Shown in pieces: positions 1 to 9,912 of a stretch of 64,000 bases of DNA; positions within the stretch are counted from its first letter, which is position 1; each line of letters starts with the position of its first letter. The translations under genes were made by a program, and so were the position numbers. Source of the DNA: an uncultured Desulfobacterales bacterium (GTDB lineage Bacteria; Desulfobacterota; Desulfobacteria; Desulfobacterales; C00003060); the NCBI GenBank assembly GCA_964502365.1, contig CAZCWQ010000001.1:8053-72052 (forward strand). The letters are read 5' to 3'. The notes beneath the pieces are model-generated. The model was not told the DNA's origin, ran no database searches, and saw nothing but the letters and a program-made list of their open reading frames with translations.

Positions 1-272
1 GTGTGGAAAGGGTGAGAAAACAACTCAACGGCGAGATCGGTTTTGGGCCGGAAGGGATACAATTTCTGGCGATTACACATCCTCATTATATAAAGTCTGT
101 TGACGGTGACCGGATCCCCTTTATTTCCCTGCCGGACTACGATGTGGCACCGCACGGATTTGGCGATTTTTATGATGCGCCTTTTCTTCTTGTAAGCGGC
201 GACACACTAGGCATAGGTGTGGGTAATGTGAGTCAGGCGTACCCCAGATACGGTTCAGGCACCCTGCGATAG
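1..272 (+). CDS. hypothetical protein, C-terminal fragment (gene enters from upstream of the window)
   Basis: The frame is open from the window edge to TAG at 270-272. No family is recognised from the 89 residues. Confidence 0.35.
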   Translation, partial: VERVRKQLNGEIGFGPEGIQFLAITHPHYIKSVDGDRIPFISLPDYDVAPHGFGDFYDAPFLLVSGDTLGIGVGNVSQAYPRYGSGTLR

Positions 273-292
273 CTTTTGAGCGGTAGGATACC

Positions 293-844
293 ATGTCTAC
301 GCATCATCTTATATTGGGCAAAACCGTTGATTTCATCACGGGCCAGACGATCGTGGACACTCACGACGAACGGGCCAGACAAAAGATTGCACGGTTCCTG
401 GTCGAAAAGAAAGGCTATTTGAAAGATGACATTGAAGTGCGGCGAGCAATAGAATTGACTGTTGACGGCGACAAGGCAACTGCCAGGGTTGATTTTCTCA
501 TCCGAGTAGCCGGTAAGGCCTTTGCCATAATCATCTTTGGGCCCGGTTCTCTGGTTACCCGTGAGCGCTCCACGCTGGCAGCAGCTAGACTTGTTGAGAG
601 CTATGCAGTTCCTTTTGCGGTGATAACAAACGGAAAGGATGCCGAAGTGTTGGAAACAAGATCCGGCGCTGTTATTTCCGAGGGGCTTGAAGCCATCCCA
701 TCAAGACAAGAAGCAGAGGAAGAAATGGACACATTAATCTTTGAGGAGATCTCTGAAGAGCGGTTGGAAAAGGAGAAGAGGATCCTTTTTGCCTTTGATG
801 TGTTGGCAAAGCGGGAATGTGACGAATTTACCTGCAATCTGTAA
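293..844 (+). CDS. type I restriction enzyme HsdR N-terminal domain-like protein
   Basis: 183-aa ORF. The pattern DFITGQTIVDTHDERARQKIARFLVEKKGY...DFLI resembles stand-alone HSDR_N_2-type domain proteins, recalled from memory. Confidence 0.5.
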   Translation: MSTHHLILGKTVDFITGQTIVDTHDERARQKIARFLVEKKGYLKDDIEVRRAIELTVDGDKATARVDFLIRVAGKAFAIIIFGPGSLVTRERSTLAAARLVESYAVPFAVITNGKDAEVLETRSGAVISEGLEAIPSRQEAEEEMDTLIFEEISEERLEKEKRILFAFDVLAKRECDEFTCNL

Positions 845-872
845 TGACTGCGAAATCAGGAGAAGCTCCAAC

Positions 873-1310
873 ATGAGGATTCTCTCTATTGCGATAAGCA
901 AGAAAAAAGGGACCCGCAAGGTCAAGGTTGATGAGGCCATTCTCATTGAGGACCATGGACTGGAAGGAGACGCCCATGCCGGACCGTGGCACCGACAGGT
1001 GAGCTTTCTTGCCGGGGAGAGCATTGAAAAGGCTCGCAAACGGGGCCTTGACGTTACCTTTGGCGATTTTGCTGAGAACATTGCCACGTCAGGCATTGAC
1101 TGGCCAAAAGTACCCGTAGGTACGCGATTAGAGTTGGGGGATACGGCGCAGGTGGAAATTACGCAAATCGGAAAGGAATGTCACAAAAAATGCGCTATAT
1201 ATTATCTGGCCGGGGACTGCATAATGCCCAGAGAAGGGATCTTTGCCCGTGTCCTTAAGGGAGGCAAGATTCGTCGCGGCGATGTGGTGCAGGTTGTGTG
1301 TGGGCCTTGA
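873..1310 (+). CDS. MOSC domain-containing protein
   Basis: ATG at 873 follows AGGAGAAG at 858-865. HGLEGDAHAG...RQVSFL...GDFAENI...GD motifs are typical of MOSC (Moco sulfurase C-terminal) domains. The longer ORF from 741 overlaps the upstream gene. Confidence 0.8.
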   Translation: MRILSIAISKKKGTRKVKVDEAILIEDHGLEGDAHAGPWHRQVSFLAGESIEKARKRGLDVTFGDFAENIATSGIDWPKVPVGTRLELGDTAQVEITQIGKECHKKCAIYYLAGDCIMPREGIFARVLKGGKIRRGDVVQVVCGP

Positions 1311-1334
1311 AAGTCTGGTTGGAACATAAAAGAC

Positions 1335-2210
1335 ATGATATCAGCTGGTTTTGTGCAACACGATATGAAGACTCAAGTGAACAGTATCCAATCTCATCGT
1401 GTGCTCCATTGTAAAGGGGAGACGTGTCAGACTTTCGAACATGAGCTGATTTGCGAAGAGCCCCTCTTGATTCGTGTTGAGGGCAAGCCCTATTCTGTAG
1501 TGATGCGCACTCCGGGCGAAGAGACCTTCCATGTGGCAGGATTTTGTCTCGCCGAAGGCTTGGTGGATAAGCCGAACGATATTGCAACCCTTGGTTACTG
1601 TGATGATGTGGATGGCAATGTTGCCAGCGTGACACTTGAACCAGAAAGACGGCAAAAGGTTTCGAGCCTGTTAAAGAGGCGGGGCTTTTTGAGTCAAACC
1701 AGTTGCGGCATCTGCGGCAAGGAATTGATAAAGGACTTATGTCAGATTCTAACTCCGGTAACAGACGAAACCAAAATCAACATTGACCGGGCCATTGGGT
1801 GCGCCGGCCAGCTTTATGAGCATCAAGAACTCTATGAGAAAACACGCGGCTCTCACGCAGCCTTGTTGTTTGATTCAGAGCCGAAATTTTTGGCCATGGC
1901 AGAGGATGTGGGACGTCACAACGCCTTGGATAAGGCAATCGGCAAGGTCTTCGTTGGCGGAAAGCTTGCTGATGCCTGTTTAGGAGTCCTCTCGTCTCGT
2001 ATCAGTTACGAGTTGGTCCAAAAGGCAGCCCGGGCCCATCTTGCGATTTTGATCGGCATGTCCCGCCCCACAGCTCTGGCAGTCCAGCTGGGCCGGACCC
2101 TGAATATGGCACTTGCCTGTATTAGTAAGAAAGGCGGGTTGTTGGTCTTTTGCGGACAGGAGCGTATTGACGGAGGCTTAGGCTTAGATGCAGGATCATA
2201 TCGACAATGA
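1335..2210 (+). CDS. fdhD: formate dehydrogenase accessory sulfurtransferase FdhD
   Basis: Carries the SCGICG cysteine loop and the GRHNALDKAIG motif characteristic of FdhD. Length is about 290 aa. The start is uncertain (1335 or 1362). Confidence 0.85.
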   Translation: MISAGFVQHDMKTQVNSIQSHRVLHCKGETCQTFEHELICEEPLLIRVEGKPYSVVMRTPGEETFHVAGFCLAEGLVDKPNDIATLGYCDDVDGNVASVTLEPERRQKVSSLLKRRGFLSQTSCGICGKELIKDLCQILTPVTDETKINIDRAIGCAGQLYEHQELYEKTRGSHAALLFDSEPKFLAMAEDVGRHNALDKAIGKVFVGGKLADACLGVLSSRISYELVQKAARAHLAILIGMSRPTALAVQLGRTLNMALACISKKGGLLVFCGQERIDGGLGLDAGSYRQ

Positions 2211-2281
2211 GAAGTTCGTAGATCAGATATTGACGATTCAGGTGAGCAAGATGGCGGTCCTATAAGACAAGAAGAGGCGCC

Positions 2282-2749
2282 ATGTCTAAAGAAAAAGGCA
2301 CCGTGGATAGCATTGAAGGCGGCTGGGCATGGGTTTCGACCCGGCGTAAGGATATGTGCGGACACTGCAGACATCAGGGCATGTGCCATATGGTCGATGG
2401 CATGGACCGGATGATAGTAAAGGCAAGAAATACAGCCCAGGCCCGCACAGGAGACGAGGTGGAACTTTATGTCAGCACCAAGACCAAGCTAAAAGGCCAG
2501 TTCGTACTCTATATGTTTCCGGTCCTTGGCTTGTTGATCGGCGCCTTCTCGGCAAACAGCCTCTCAAGGGTTTTGGGGTTGAATCAGAACGTGGGGATGG
2601 CAATCTTTACGCTGGGAGGTCTGATCCTGGCGTTTCTACTGGAGCGATTCGTTTCTAAACGCATGGAAACGAGGCAGGAACTGACTCCTATGGTCTCCCG
2701 AGTGCTACGAAGGGCCGTCAGTGGTGCCTCCAACGCCAGGGTTGTGTAA
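2282..2749 (+). CDS. RseC/MucC-family (SoxR-reducing system) membrane protein
   Basis: N-terminal Cys motif (CGHCRHQGMC) is followed by two TM helices, the typical RseC architecture. Confidence 0.65.
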   Translation: MSKEKGTVDSIEGGWAWVSTRRKDMCGHCRHQGMCHMVDGMDRMIVKARNTAQARTGDEVELYVSTKTKLKGQFVLYMFPVLGLLIGAFSANSLSRVLGLNQNVGMAIFTLGGLILAFLLERFVSKRMETRQELTPMVSRVLRRAVSGASNARVV

Positions 2750-2855
2750 CGGATCCTACATAATGTTTTATACTAACGTGGTACCCTCTTGCCCCCAGGT
2801 ATGACTTTTAGCGGTGGTAGATGGTGAGAACTGACAATTGAGGAAATTGAGTACC

Positions 2856-3269
2856 ATGCCCAGGAAACTCATCCATGTCGCATTTACTCTGGGAGTTATC
2901 CTCTGCCTTCTAGGGGTTGGCATCCTCCCAGCGCAGAAGGCTTGCGCTGGAGTATGCTGTATACGACCTGGGATGCACGGCTGCGAACATCCTCCAGGGG
3001 CAAAGGGGATCTCTCACCCCGCGGGTTGCTGCTGTGGAGGAGGGGCGTGCCCATGCGAGGTGTTGCAAGGCTGTGTTTCTAAGTTACTGGTTTTTTCTTT
3101 CTTTGTTGTGCCGAGCGTGGAAAATCCCGTCCAGTCAGACATAACAGATGGCGCGGTAAACTTATTTCCATCTCGTACCTTTCAGAGTGATTTGACTAAT
3201 AAGACTTGGACATTCGGCACAGGCCCGCCTTTGGAGCTTTATCTCCTAAATTTGTCCCTCTTGTGTTAA
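2856..3269 (+). CDS. Cys/His-rich membrane-anchored hypothetical protein upstream of the Cus-like operon
   Basis: ATG at 2856 lies 10 nt after GAGGAA. It has an N-terminal TM or signal segment, then CAGVCCIRPGMHGCEHPPG...HPAGCCCGGGACPCE. No family is recognised. Confidence 0.4.
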   Translation: MPRKLIHVAFTLGVILCLLGVGILPAQKACAGVCCIRPGMHGCEHPPGAKGISHPAGCCCGGGACPCEVLQGCVSKLLVFSFFVVPSVENPVQSDITDGAVNLFPSRTFQSDLTNKTWTFGTGPPLELYLLNLSLLC

Positions 3270-3461
3270 GCTTTTCCTGGTTGTCCCGGCATTACCTACT
3301 GGAAGTCGGCACGTTTAGTGATGGAAACGTCCTGAGACGGAGACTTGCAAGTCGTCAACTCCTTCACCCTCATGACCTGGGAGCTGACATCATCTGCCGT
3401 ACGGATCACACGTCCGCTTTCCTTTAAAGCGCGGATCCGTTTGTACAGGAGGAACGCAACA

Positions 3462-4733
3462 ATGAGAGTTTCGATTTTTGTATTCTTAGTGGGTTTGGCC
3501 GTAATTTTTCCACGTACCGCAAGAGCCTTGGATTCCCCCGAGTCGCTTGCCGGGTTGGCAGTTAAGGCAAACCCCGAGATTTCCATGCTTTGCCATCAAG
3601 TTGAGGCGTTAAAGGAGCAGGAAAGCGCGGCAACTATCTGGAAAGAGCCGGTGTTTATGGTCGAGTACAGTAATATGCCATGGGATGCCCCGTCTCTTGG
3701 GGAGCACGCGATGAGTGGGATTCAACTCAAGGTGCAGCAGACCTTTCCATTTCCTGGCAAGAATGACAGGAGGCGGGCGGTTGCTGCAGCGCACGTGGAC
3801 GTGCAGCGGCTTGAGCTTGAGGAGCTTAAAAGTCAACTTAGCGGGAAAGTGAAACAGTTCTACTGGAAACTGGTGCTTGTGAAAAAACGAAAAGCGATCA
3901 GAGAAAAACACATCGGTGTTGTCGATAGTCTGCTTGAGGCTGTAAAGGCAAAGTATTCTTCGGGCAGGGCCAATCAGCAAGATATTCTGAAACTGCACAT
4001 ATTAAAAGAAAAGCTCACTGACGAGATATACGATTTTGCCCAGAGAGAGCGGGAATTAACTGCAACTATAAATAGTGCACTTCATCGAGATATGAATGTC
4101 TCTATTGAAACTCACGAGGAGATCCCGCTCGTAAAAGTTACTGCCACGTCGAATCAACTTACTAAGGTTGCGCAGAAGGAACGAGTGCTGCTTCAAGTAT
4201 GGAAAAAGAAAGCCGAACTTGAGCGCCTTGCAGCACAGAAGGAGGGTTATGAAAAGTGGCCAGATATAACAGTCTGGACCGGGTACAGGATCAGGCGTGA
4301 AGTGGGTATGGACAGAGGTGAGGATTTTGTGTCAGTAGGCGTAAGTGTGCCGATTCCGTTTGATTACAGCAACAGGTATGAGGCAACAACTCGAGCGCGG
4401 CTGGCAAATGCGCTGGCTTATGAAGAAAAACACAAGTCCATCCTGGATGTAATTTCTTCTGACATAGATAAAAGCCTCTCAAAGTGGGAAAGAAGTTATC
4501 AGAAGGCATCGACTTACAGTGAGCGGTTGATTCCTGAGGCAAGGGCGACGCTGGATGCCGCGCTTTCCGCATGGCAGGTTGGAAGAGCTGATTTCACCTC
4601 ACTCTATCAGGCCGAACTGCAACTGCTGAATTTTGAGGAGTCTGTTGTTGTCGCTAAGGCGCAGACAGTTTTGATGTCCATAGAGGTTGAGTTTCTTGTT
4701 GGAGAATCTTCAAGCAGTGAGGAAGAGTCATGA
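3462..4733 (+). CDS. TolC-family outer membrane efflux protein (CusC-like)
   Basis: ATG at 3462 follows AGGAGG. It has a signal peptide and two long coiled-coil repeats typical of OEP/TolC. It overlaps the adaptor gene start by 4 nt. Confidence 0.8.
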   Translation: MRVSIFVFLVGLAVIFPRTARALDSPESLAGLAVKANPEISMLCHQVEALKEQESAATIWKEPVFMVEYSNMPWDAPSLGEHAMSGIQLKVQQTFPFPGKNDRRRAVAAAHVDVQRLELEELKSQLSGKVKQFYWKLVLVKKRKAIREKHIGVVDSLLEAVKAKYSSGRANQQDILKLHILKEKLTDEIYDFAQRERELTATINSALHRDMNVSIETHEEIPLVKVTATSNQLTKVAQKERVLLQVWKKKAELERLAAQKEGYEKWPDITVWTGYRIRREVGMDRGEDFVSVGVSVPIPFDYSNRYEATTRARLANALAYEEKHKSILDVISSDIDKSLSKWERSYQKASTYSERLIPEARATLDAALSAWQVGRADFTSLYQAELQLLNFEESVVVAKAQTVLMSIEVEFLVGESSSSEEES

Positions 4734-6136
4734 AAAAGTATGTTGTTTTGTTGGTTCTAGGTGTTTTCATATGGGGTTTGCCATGTCCACTAAGCGGCGA
4801 CAATCCTGTGAATAACCATATTCATGGCAAGCTTTACGCGGGCGATCAGTCTCATGAACACAGTGATAAGACGCTGTATACCTGCCCGATGCACCCCCAG
4901 ATTGTGCGGGAGGCTCCCGGACAGTGTCCCATCTGCGGTATGGATCTTGTGCCGCAGAAGAGTGCTGAGCGAGCTAAAGGCAAACCCATGGGTCAAGCCA
5001 CCATCCTTGTTGATCCTGTCACAGTGCAGAATATGGGGGTAAGGGTTGCTAAGGTCAACAAGGGCATTGTTCGTCGCCACATACGGACATTTGGCAGGGT
5101 TGAGACGCCTGACAACGCCTTTTCAGTCATCAATCTAAAGTTTTCCGGATGGGTGGAAAAGATATGGGTTGATGAGCAGGGGGCGAATGTAAGGAAAGGG
5201 GATAGGCTTTTTGCTATCTATTCTCCAGAGGTATTTTCTGCACAGGAAGAGTATGTCCTTTCCCTGAAAAACTACGGCAGAGACCACAGTATTACTCAAT
5301 CTGCCGAAAATAGGCTCAGGCTGTGGGATATCGCCGACTGGCAGATAAAAACAATCCGTAAACGCATGAAACCGATGCGCATGATAACTATTTCTGCGCC
5401 GGCATCAGGGTTCATAGAACAAGTCAACGTTGTGGAAGGTTCCCGTATTGCTTCAGGCAAAGACCTATACACCATTATCGATCTGAAAAAGGTATGGCTA
5501 AAGGCAGAGGTTTATGACTTCGACGCACCATGGATCAGAAAAGGATCGGATGTGAAGATTAACTTTTCCATACCCGGTTTTGGTGACTACAAGGGGCAGA
5601 TATCCTTTATCTATCCTACACTCAATCCTGAGACCAGGACACTGAGCGTGCGGGTTGATCTGGAAAACCCAGGTATGAAACTGAGGCCCGGCATGATCGC
5701 AAGTATGCTCATCTATGCACATTCAGAAGATAATACGCTGATCATTCCATCGGAATCCGTCATCAACACAGGGGAAAGGAAGATCGTTTTCGTGACAGAG
5801 ACCCTGGGCAGGTATGAGCCCAGAGAGGTAGAGACAGGTGTTGTGGGCGATAACCATGTGACCGAAGTTGTTTCTGGCCTCAAGGAAGGGGAAACCGTGG
5901 TTACAAGTGGCCAATTTCTGCTTGACTCGGAGAGTCAGTTGCAGGAGGCGGTCAAAAAGTTTCTTGATGCACAGCTTCAATCGTCGGAAGGTGCACATGA
6001 GGCCGATGCAAGGAAGCAAAAGGATAAAGACAAGGACAAAGAACTCTATACTTGTCCTATGCATCCCCAGATCATACAGGAACAACCCGGCCAGTGTCCG
6101 ATCTGCGGTATGGATTTGGTCAGGAAGAAGAAGTAG
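4730..6136 (+). CDS. efflux RND periplasmic adaptor subunit (CusB-like) with two heavy-metal-binding YTCPMHPQI...PGQCPICGMDL modules
   Basis: Shows membrane-fusion-protein architecture. The motif YTCPMHPQI(V/I)..PGQCPICGMDLV occurs near both the N and C termini. Confidence 0.85.
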   Translation: MKKYVVLLVLGVFIWGLPCPLSGDNPVNNHIHGKLYAGDQSHEHSDKTLYTCPMHPQIVREAPGQCPICGMDLVPQKSAERAKGKPMGQATILVDPVTVQNMGVRVAKVNKGIVRRHIRTFGRVETPDNAFSVINLKFSGWVEKIWVDEQGANVRKGDRLFAIYSPEVFSAQEEYVLSLKNYGRDHSITQSAENRLRLWDIADWQIKTIRKRMKPMRMITISAPASGFIEQVNVVEGSRIASGKDLYTIIDLKKVWLKAEVYDFDAPWIRKGSDVKINFSIPGFGDYKGQISFIYPTLNPETRTLSVRVDLENPGMKLRPGMIASMLIYAHSEDNTLIIPSESVINTGERKIVFVTETLGRYEPREVETGVVGDNHVTEVVSGLKEGETVVTSGQFLLDSESQLQEAVKKFLDAQLQSSEGAHEADARKQKDKDKDKELYTCPMHPQIIQEQPGQCPICGMDLVRKKK

Positions 6137-6147
6137 GAGAAAGTGTC

Positions 6148-9100
6148 ATGGTAAAGTGGGTCATTGAAAAATCTGTGCAAAACAGACTCTTTATCATCAT
6201 TATTACCGTTCTTGCCATCATGGCCGGGGTTTGGGCGATGCTGAACACCCCGGTTGATGCGATACCGGATCTGAGCGATGTGCAGGTAATCATATACACT
6301 CCTTATACCGGCCAAGCGCCACAGGTGATAGAAGATCAGGTGACCTATCCACTCACTACAGCCATGCTTTCGGTGCCGTATGCCAAAACCGTGAGGGGGT
6401 TTTCTTTTTTCGGGTTTTCTCTTGTGTATGTAATTTTTGAGGATGGAACAGACATATACTGGGCCCGTTCGCGAGTTATGGAATACCTGAATTTCGTGTC
6501 AAACAGGCTTCCCGAGGGGGTATCACCCCAGCTGGGGCCGGATGCCTCGGGCGTTGGTTGGGTCTATTTGTACACCATAACATCAGACAGACATGATCTT
6601 TCCCAGCTCCGCTCGATTCAGGATTGGTATCTAAAGTACGACCTAATGAGCGTGGCAGGTGTTGCCGAAGTTGCCAGCGCTGGCGGCTTTGTGAGGCAGT
6701 ATCAGATTGAGGTCGATCCTGAGAAGATGCGCGCCTACGGCCTGAGCTTAAAGCAGATAAACATGTCGATAAAGAAATCGAACATTGATGTAGGCGGCAG
6801 GGTCCTCGAGATGGGCGAAACAGAGTTCATGGTGCGAAGCAGGGGCTACTTGAAAACTATAGAAGACCTAGGAAACATCCCGGTCAGTGTGGACAAGAAA
6901 ACGCACACCCCTGTGCTGCTCTCCCAGGTTGCTCATATCCAGATAGGGCCTGAGATCAGGCGCTGTGTTATTGAGTTGGACGGAAAAGGCGAAGCCGTAT
7001 CAGGCATTGTTGTCATACGGTTCGGTGAAAATGCCTTGGATGTGATAAAACGTGTAAAAGCACGACTAAAGGCACTTGAGGCAGGCCTGCCCGAAGGCGT
7101 CAAGGTACACGCAAGCTACGACCGTTCAATGCTCATTCTTCGTGCCATTCACACCCTAAAAACAACGCTGTTCAAGGAACTAGTAGTGGTCGCAATCGTT
7201 TGCTTTGTCTTTCTACTGCACTTCAGGAGTGCGTTTGTTGCTATATTCACCGTTCCAGTGGGCATTATCTTGAGTTTTATTTTTATCAAATTTCTGGGCA
7301 TCAACGCAAACATTATGAGCCTGGGCGGTATTGCCATTGCTATCGGTGTGATGGTGGATGCCTCAATCGTAATGGTAGAAAATCTGCACAAGCACAAGGA
7401 AGCCGATGCCGGTCTTTCCCATAAGGATATGGTGATTAAGGCGGCAAAGGAGGTTGGTCCTGCACTATTCTTCTCGCTTCTTGTTGTAACGGTGAGCTTT
7501 CTGCCTGTATTTACATTACAGCAGCAAGAGGGAAGGCTCTTCTCGCCACTTGCTTACACCAAGACCTTTGCCATGGCCGTAAGCTCCGTACTAGCCATTA
7601 CCATTATCCCAGTGCTGATGTATTACTTTGTGAGAGGAAAGACGATTAGTGAGTTAAGGAATCCTCTTAACAGACTTATGATCATACTCTACAGGCCACT
7701 TATTAGACTTGTGCTCAGGTTTCCCCTCCTGACAGTACTGTTTGCCATCATCGTCACCGTTGCAACATGGTATCCGTTTATAAAGCTGGGCTCGGAGTTT
7801 ATGCCGCCCCTAAACGAGGGGGACCTGCTCTATATGCCTACCACCCCGCCAGGCATCAGTATTACCACGGCAAGAACTCTCTTGCAGCAGACAGACAAGA
7901 TTATCGCACTGCACCCCCAGGTCGCGCATGTACTGGGAAAAGCGGGAAGGGCAGATACGGCGACAGATCCTGCGCCGCTCAGTATGCTGGAGACACATAT
8001 CATCCTAAAACCACAGTCCGAGTGGCCTGAAGGAAAGACCATTGAGGATATTATCCGCGAACTTGACAATATGGTACAGTTTCCTGGGCTTACAAACTCT
8101 TGGACCATGCCGATTAAGACTAGAATCGACATGCTTGCAACGGGTATCAAGACACCAGTCGGCATAAAGCTCCTAGGCGATGACCTTGAGGAACTCTCCG
8201 AGTTGGGGCAAAAAATAGAGGGGCTGTTGCGTGGCATGCCCGAGGTTAGTTCTGTCTTTTCAGAGAGGGTCGTGGGTGGAAACTATGTAGAAATAGACGT
8301 AAACCGCAGACAGGCAGCACGCTACGGTCTTAATGTGGGTGATGTGCAGGATGTCATAAAGACTGCCCTCGGGGGTATGAACATCACAACCACGGTGGAG
8401 GGTCTTGAGCGTTATCCCGTGAATGTGCGGTATCCAAGGGAGTTGAGGGACAATGTAGACAAGATAAGAAGGCTTACAGTTTCTACGCCCATGGGGCACG
8501 CAGTTCCGCTCGGTGAGATTGCTGACATACATATACGCAAGGGTGTGCCTGCCATAAAAAGTGAAAATGCAAAACGTACGGCATGGATCTATGTGGATCT
8601 CAAAACCCAGGATATCGGCGGTTTTGTCGAAGGGGCAAAAAAGCTTGTTTCCAACCATATTAGACTCACACCCGGCGTATCCATGGTATGGTCCGGGCAG
8701 TATGAATATATGGAGCGGGCAAACAAGAGGCTTTCTGTTATTGTACCGCTTACCATAGCCCTAATATTTCTTCTGCTTTTCATGCACTTCAAGAACATGA
8801 CGGAAAGTCTTATTGTTATGCTCACACTGCCATTTGCATTGATCGGCGGGGTGTGGCTCATGTTCTTTCTGGGATACAATGTTTCTGTTGCAGTTGTTGT
8901 CGGTTTTATCGCCTTGGCAGGCCTCGCCGCAGAGACCGGTGTTATCATGCTGGTTTATCTTGATGAAAGCTATGACCGGTGGAAACATGAAGGCAGGCTG
9001 ACAACAATTGCAGACCTTAATTCCGTTATTATCGAAGGCGCTGTCATGAGGGTCCGACCAAAGCTCATGACAGTTGCTACAAACGTGTTTGCCCTGGTGC

Positions 9101-9255
9101 CGATCATGTTGATCACTGAGACTGGATCGCGTGTGATGAAAAGAATTGCAGCACCTATGGTGGGCGGACTGATCAGTTCTACCATATTAACACTCGTTAT
9201 CATCCCGGCCATCTATGCCCTGTGGAAGAGATGGACTGAGATAAAAAAGACCTAA
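6148..9255 (+). CDS. CusA/CzcA-family heavy-metal efflux RND permease
   Basis: 1035 aa from ATG 6148, right after the adaptor stop. Has a 12-TM RND topology with two large periplasmic loops and strong family-level similarity. Confidence 0.9.
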   Translation: MVKWVIEKSVQNRLFIIIITVLAIMAGVWAMLNTPVDAIPDLSDVQVIIYTPYTGQAPQVIEDQVTYPLTTAMLSVPYAKTVRGFSFFGFSLVYVIFEDGTDIYWARSRVMEYLNFVSNRLPEGVSPQLGPDASGVGWVYLYTITSDRHDLSQLRSIQDWYLKYDLMSVAGVAEVASAGGFVRQYQIEVDPEKMRAYGLSLKQINMSIKKSNIDVGGRVLEMGETEFMVRSRGYLKTIEDLGNIPVSVDKKTHTPVLLSQVAHIQIGPEIRRCVIELDGKGEAVSGIVVIRFGENALDVIKRVKARLKALEAGLPEGVKVHASYDRSMLILRAIHTLKTTLFKELVVVAIVCFVFLLHFRSAFVAIFTVPVGIILSFIFIKFLGINANIMSLGGIAIAIGVMVDASIVMVENLHKHKEADAGLSHKDMVIKAAKEVGPALFFSLLVVTVSFLPVFTLQQQEGRLFSPLAYTKTFAMAVSSVLAITIIPVLMYYFVRGKTISELRNPLNRLMIILYRPLIRLVLRFPLLTVLFAIIVTVATWYPFIKLGSEFMPPLNEGDLLYMPTTPPGISITTARTLLQQTDKIIALHPQVAHVLGKAGRADTATDPAPLSMLETHIILKPQSEWPEGKTIEDIIRELDNMVQFPGLTNSWTMPIKTRIDMLATGIKTPVGIKLLGDDLEELSELGQKIEGLLRGMPEVSSVFSERVVGGNYVEIDVNRRQAARYGLNVGDVQDVIKTALGGMNITTTVEGLERYPVNVRYPRELRDNVDKIRRLTVSTPMGHAVPLGEIADIHIRKGVPAIKSENAKRTAWIYVDLKTQDIGGFVEGAKKLVSNHIRLTPGVSMVWSGQYEYMERANKRLSVIVPLTIALIFLLLFMHFKNMTESLIVMLTLPFALIGGVWLMFFLGYNVSVAVVVGFIALAGLAAETGVIMLVYLDESYDRWKHEGRLTTIADLNSVIIEGAVMRVRPKLMTVATNVFALVPIMLITETGSRVMKRIAAPMVGGLISSTILTLVIIPAIYALWKRWTEIKKT

Positions 9256-9271
9256 GCAGAGGGAGGAAACT

Positions 9272-9814
9272 ATGAAATCAAGACACCTTATTGGCATGTT
9301 CTTACTTTTCTTGGCGGTTATAGGGTCTTCAGTGGTTTATGCAGGCACTGAAGAGTTTGACGCGGCAATGAACCCTATCTTGAAAGAATACTTGAAGATC
9401 CATGAGGCACTTGCGGCAGATAAGACGGACGGCGTAAAGAAGGCGGCAGAAAAGATTTTGAAACTTGCAGAGAGCCTTGATGCGCAGACAGTTACAGGCG
9501 AACATAAGCGTCATTATGAGCATGTGCCAATGAAGATCAAGGAGGCTGCGAGGAAACTTGCAAGAGGCAAAGATATCGGACAAATCAGGGAAACCTTCCA
9601 GGAGCTTTCTAGGCCCATGGCAATGTGGGGGAGCATGTCAAAACCAAAAGACATCTATGTTGTGTATTGCTCCATGGCAAAGGGCTCCTGGCTCCAGAAG
9701 GGTAAGGCCATTAGAAATCCTTACCACGGTCACAAAATGCTTCGCTGTGGAGAAATCGTAGGCGGTGCAGGTCTCGACAAAGACCCTCACCAGCATCACA
9801 TGAAGAGTCATTAG
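9272..9814 (+). CDS. DUF3347-like periplasmic protein with His-rich tail
   Basis: Strong RBS (GGGAGGAA), a signal peptide and a C-terminal HQHHMKSH. This family commonly accompanies metal efflux operons (from memory). Confidence 0.6.
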   Translation: MKSRHLIGMFLLFLAVIGSSVVYAGTEEFDAAMNPILKEYLKIHEALAADKTDGVKKAAEKILKLAESLDAQTVTGEHKRHYEHVPMKIKEAARKLARGKDIGQIRETFQELSRPMAMWGSMSKPKDIYVVYCSMAKGSWLQKGKAIRNPYHGHKMLRCGEIVGGAGLDKDPHQHHMKSH

Positions 9815-9881
9815 AAAAAGGGCAACAGCTCTACATAAGACATCAAAACCATGGTCACTCGTTGCTGCCGGCACAGCGGGG

Positions 9882-9900
9882 TGGATATCTAGGATATCCA
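9882..9900. terminator. hairpin between convergent genes (possible bidirectional terminator)
   Basis: TGGATATC-TAG-GATATCCA forms a perfect 8-bp stem between the DUF3347 gene and the convergent kinase gene. There is no clear T-tract. Confidence 0.3.
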
Positions 9901-9912
9901 ATAGATTATAGA

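Noticed and set aside
741-872. Longer version of the MOSC ORF starting at 741.
   Set aside because: It overlaps the preceding gene by about 100 nt, adds a non-homologous basic N-terminus, and the internal ATG at 873 has a good RBS.
6010-6040. AAGGATAAAGACAAGGACAAAGAA repeat (KDKDKDK) near the end of the adaptor gene.
   Set aside because: This is a low-complexity linker inside a coding region, not a separate repeat feature.
6046-9212. Numerous 60-135-aa ORFs in other frames or antisense within the RND permease gene. Similar sets lie inside the cytochrome genes (for example 18029-19323 and 19457-21260).
   Set aside because: They are embedded in long, strongly supported genes. They have no RBS or family resemblance, and antisense of Cys/His-rich coding sequence readily stays open.
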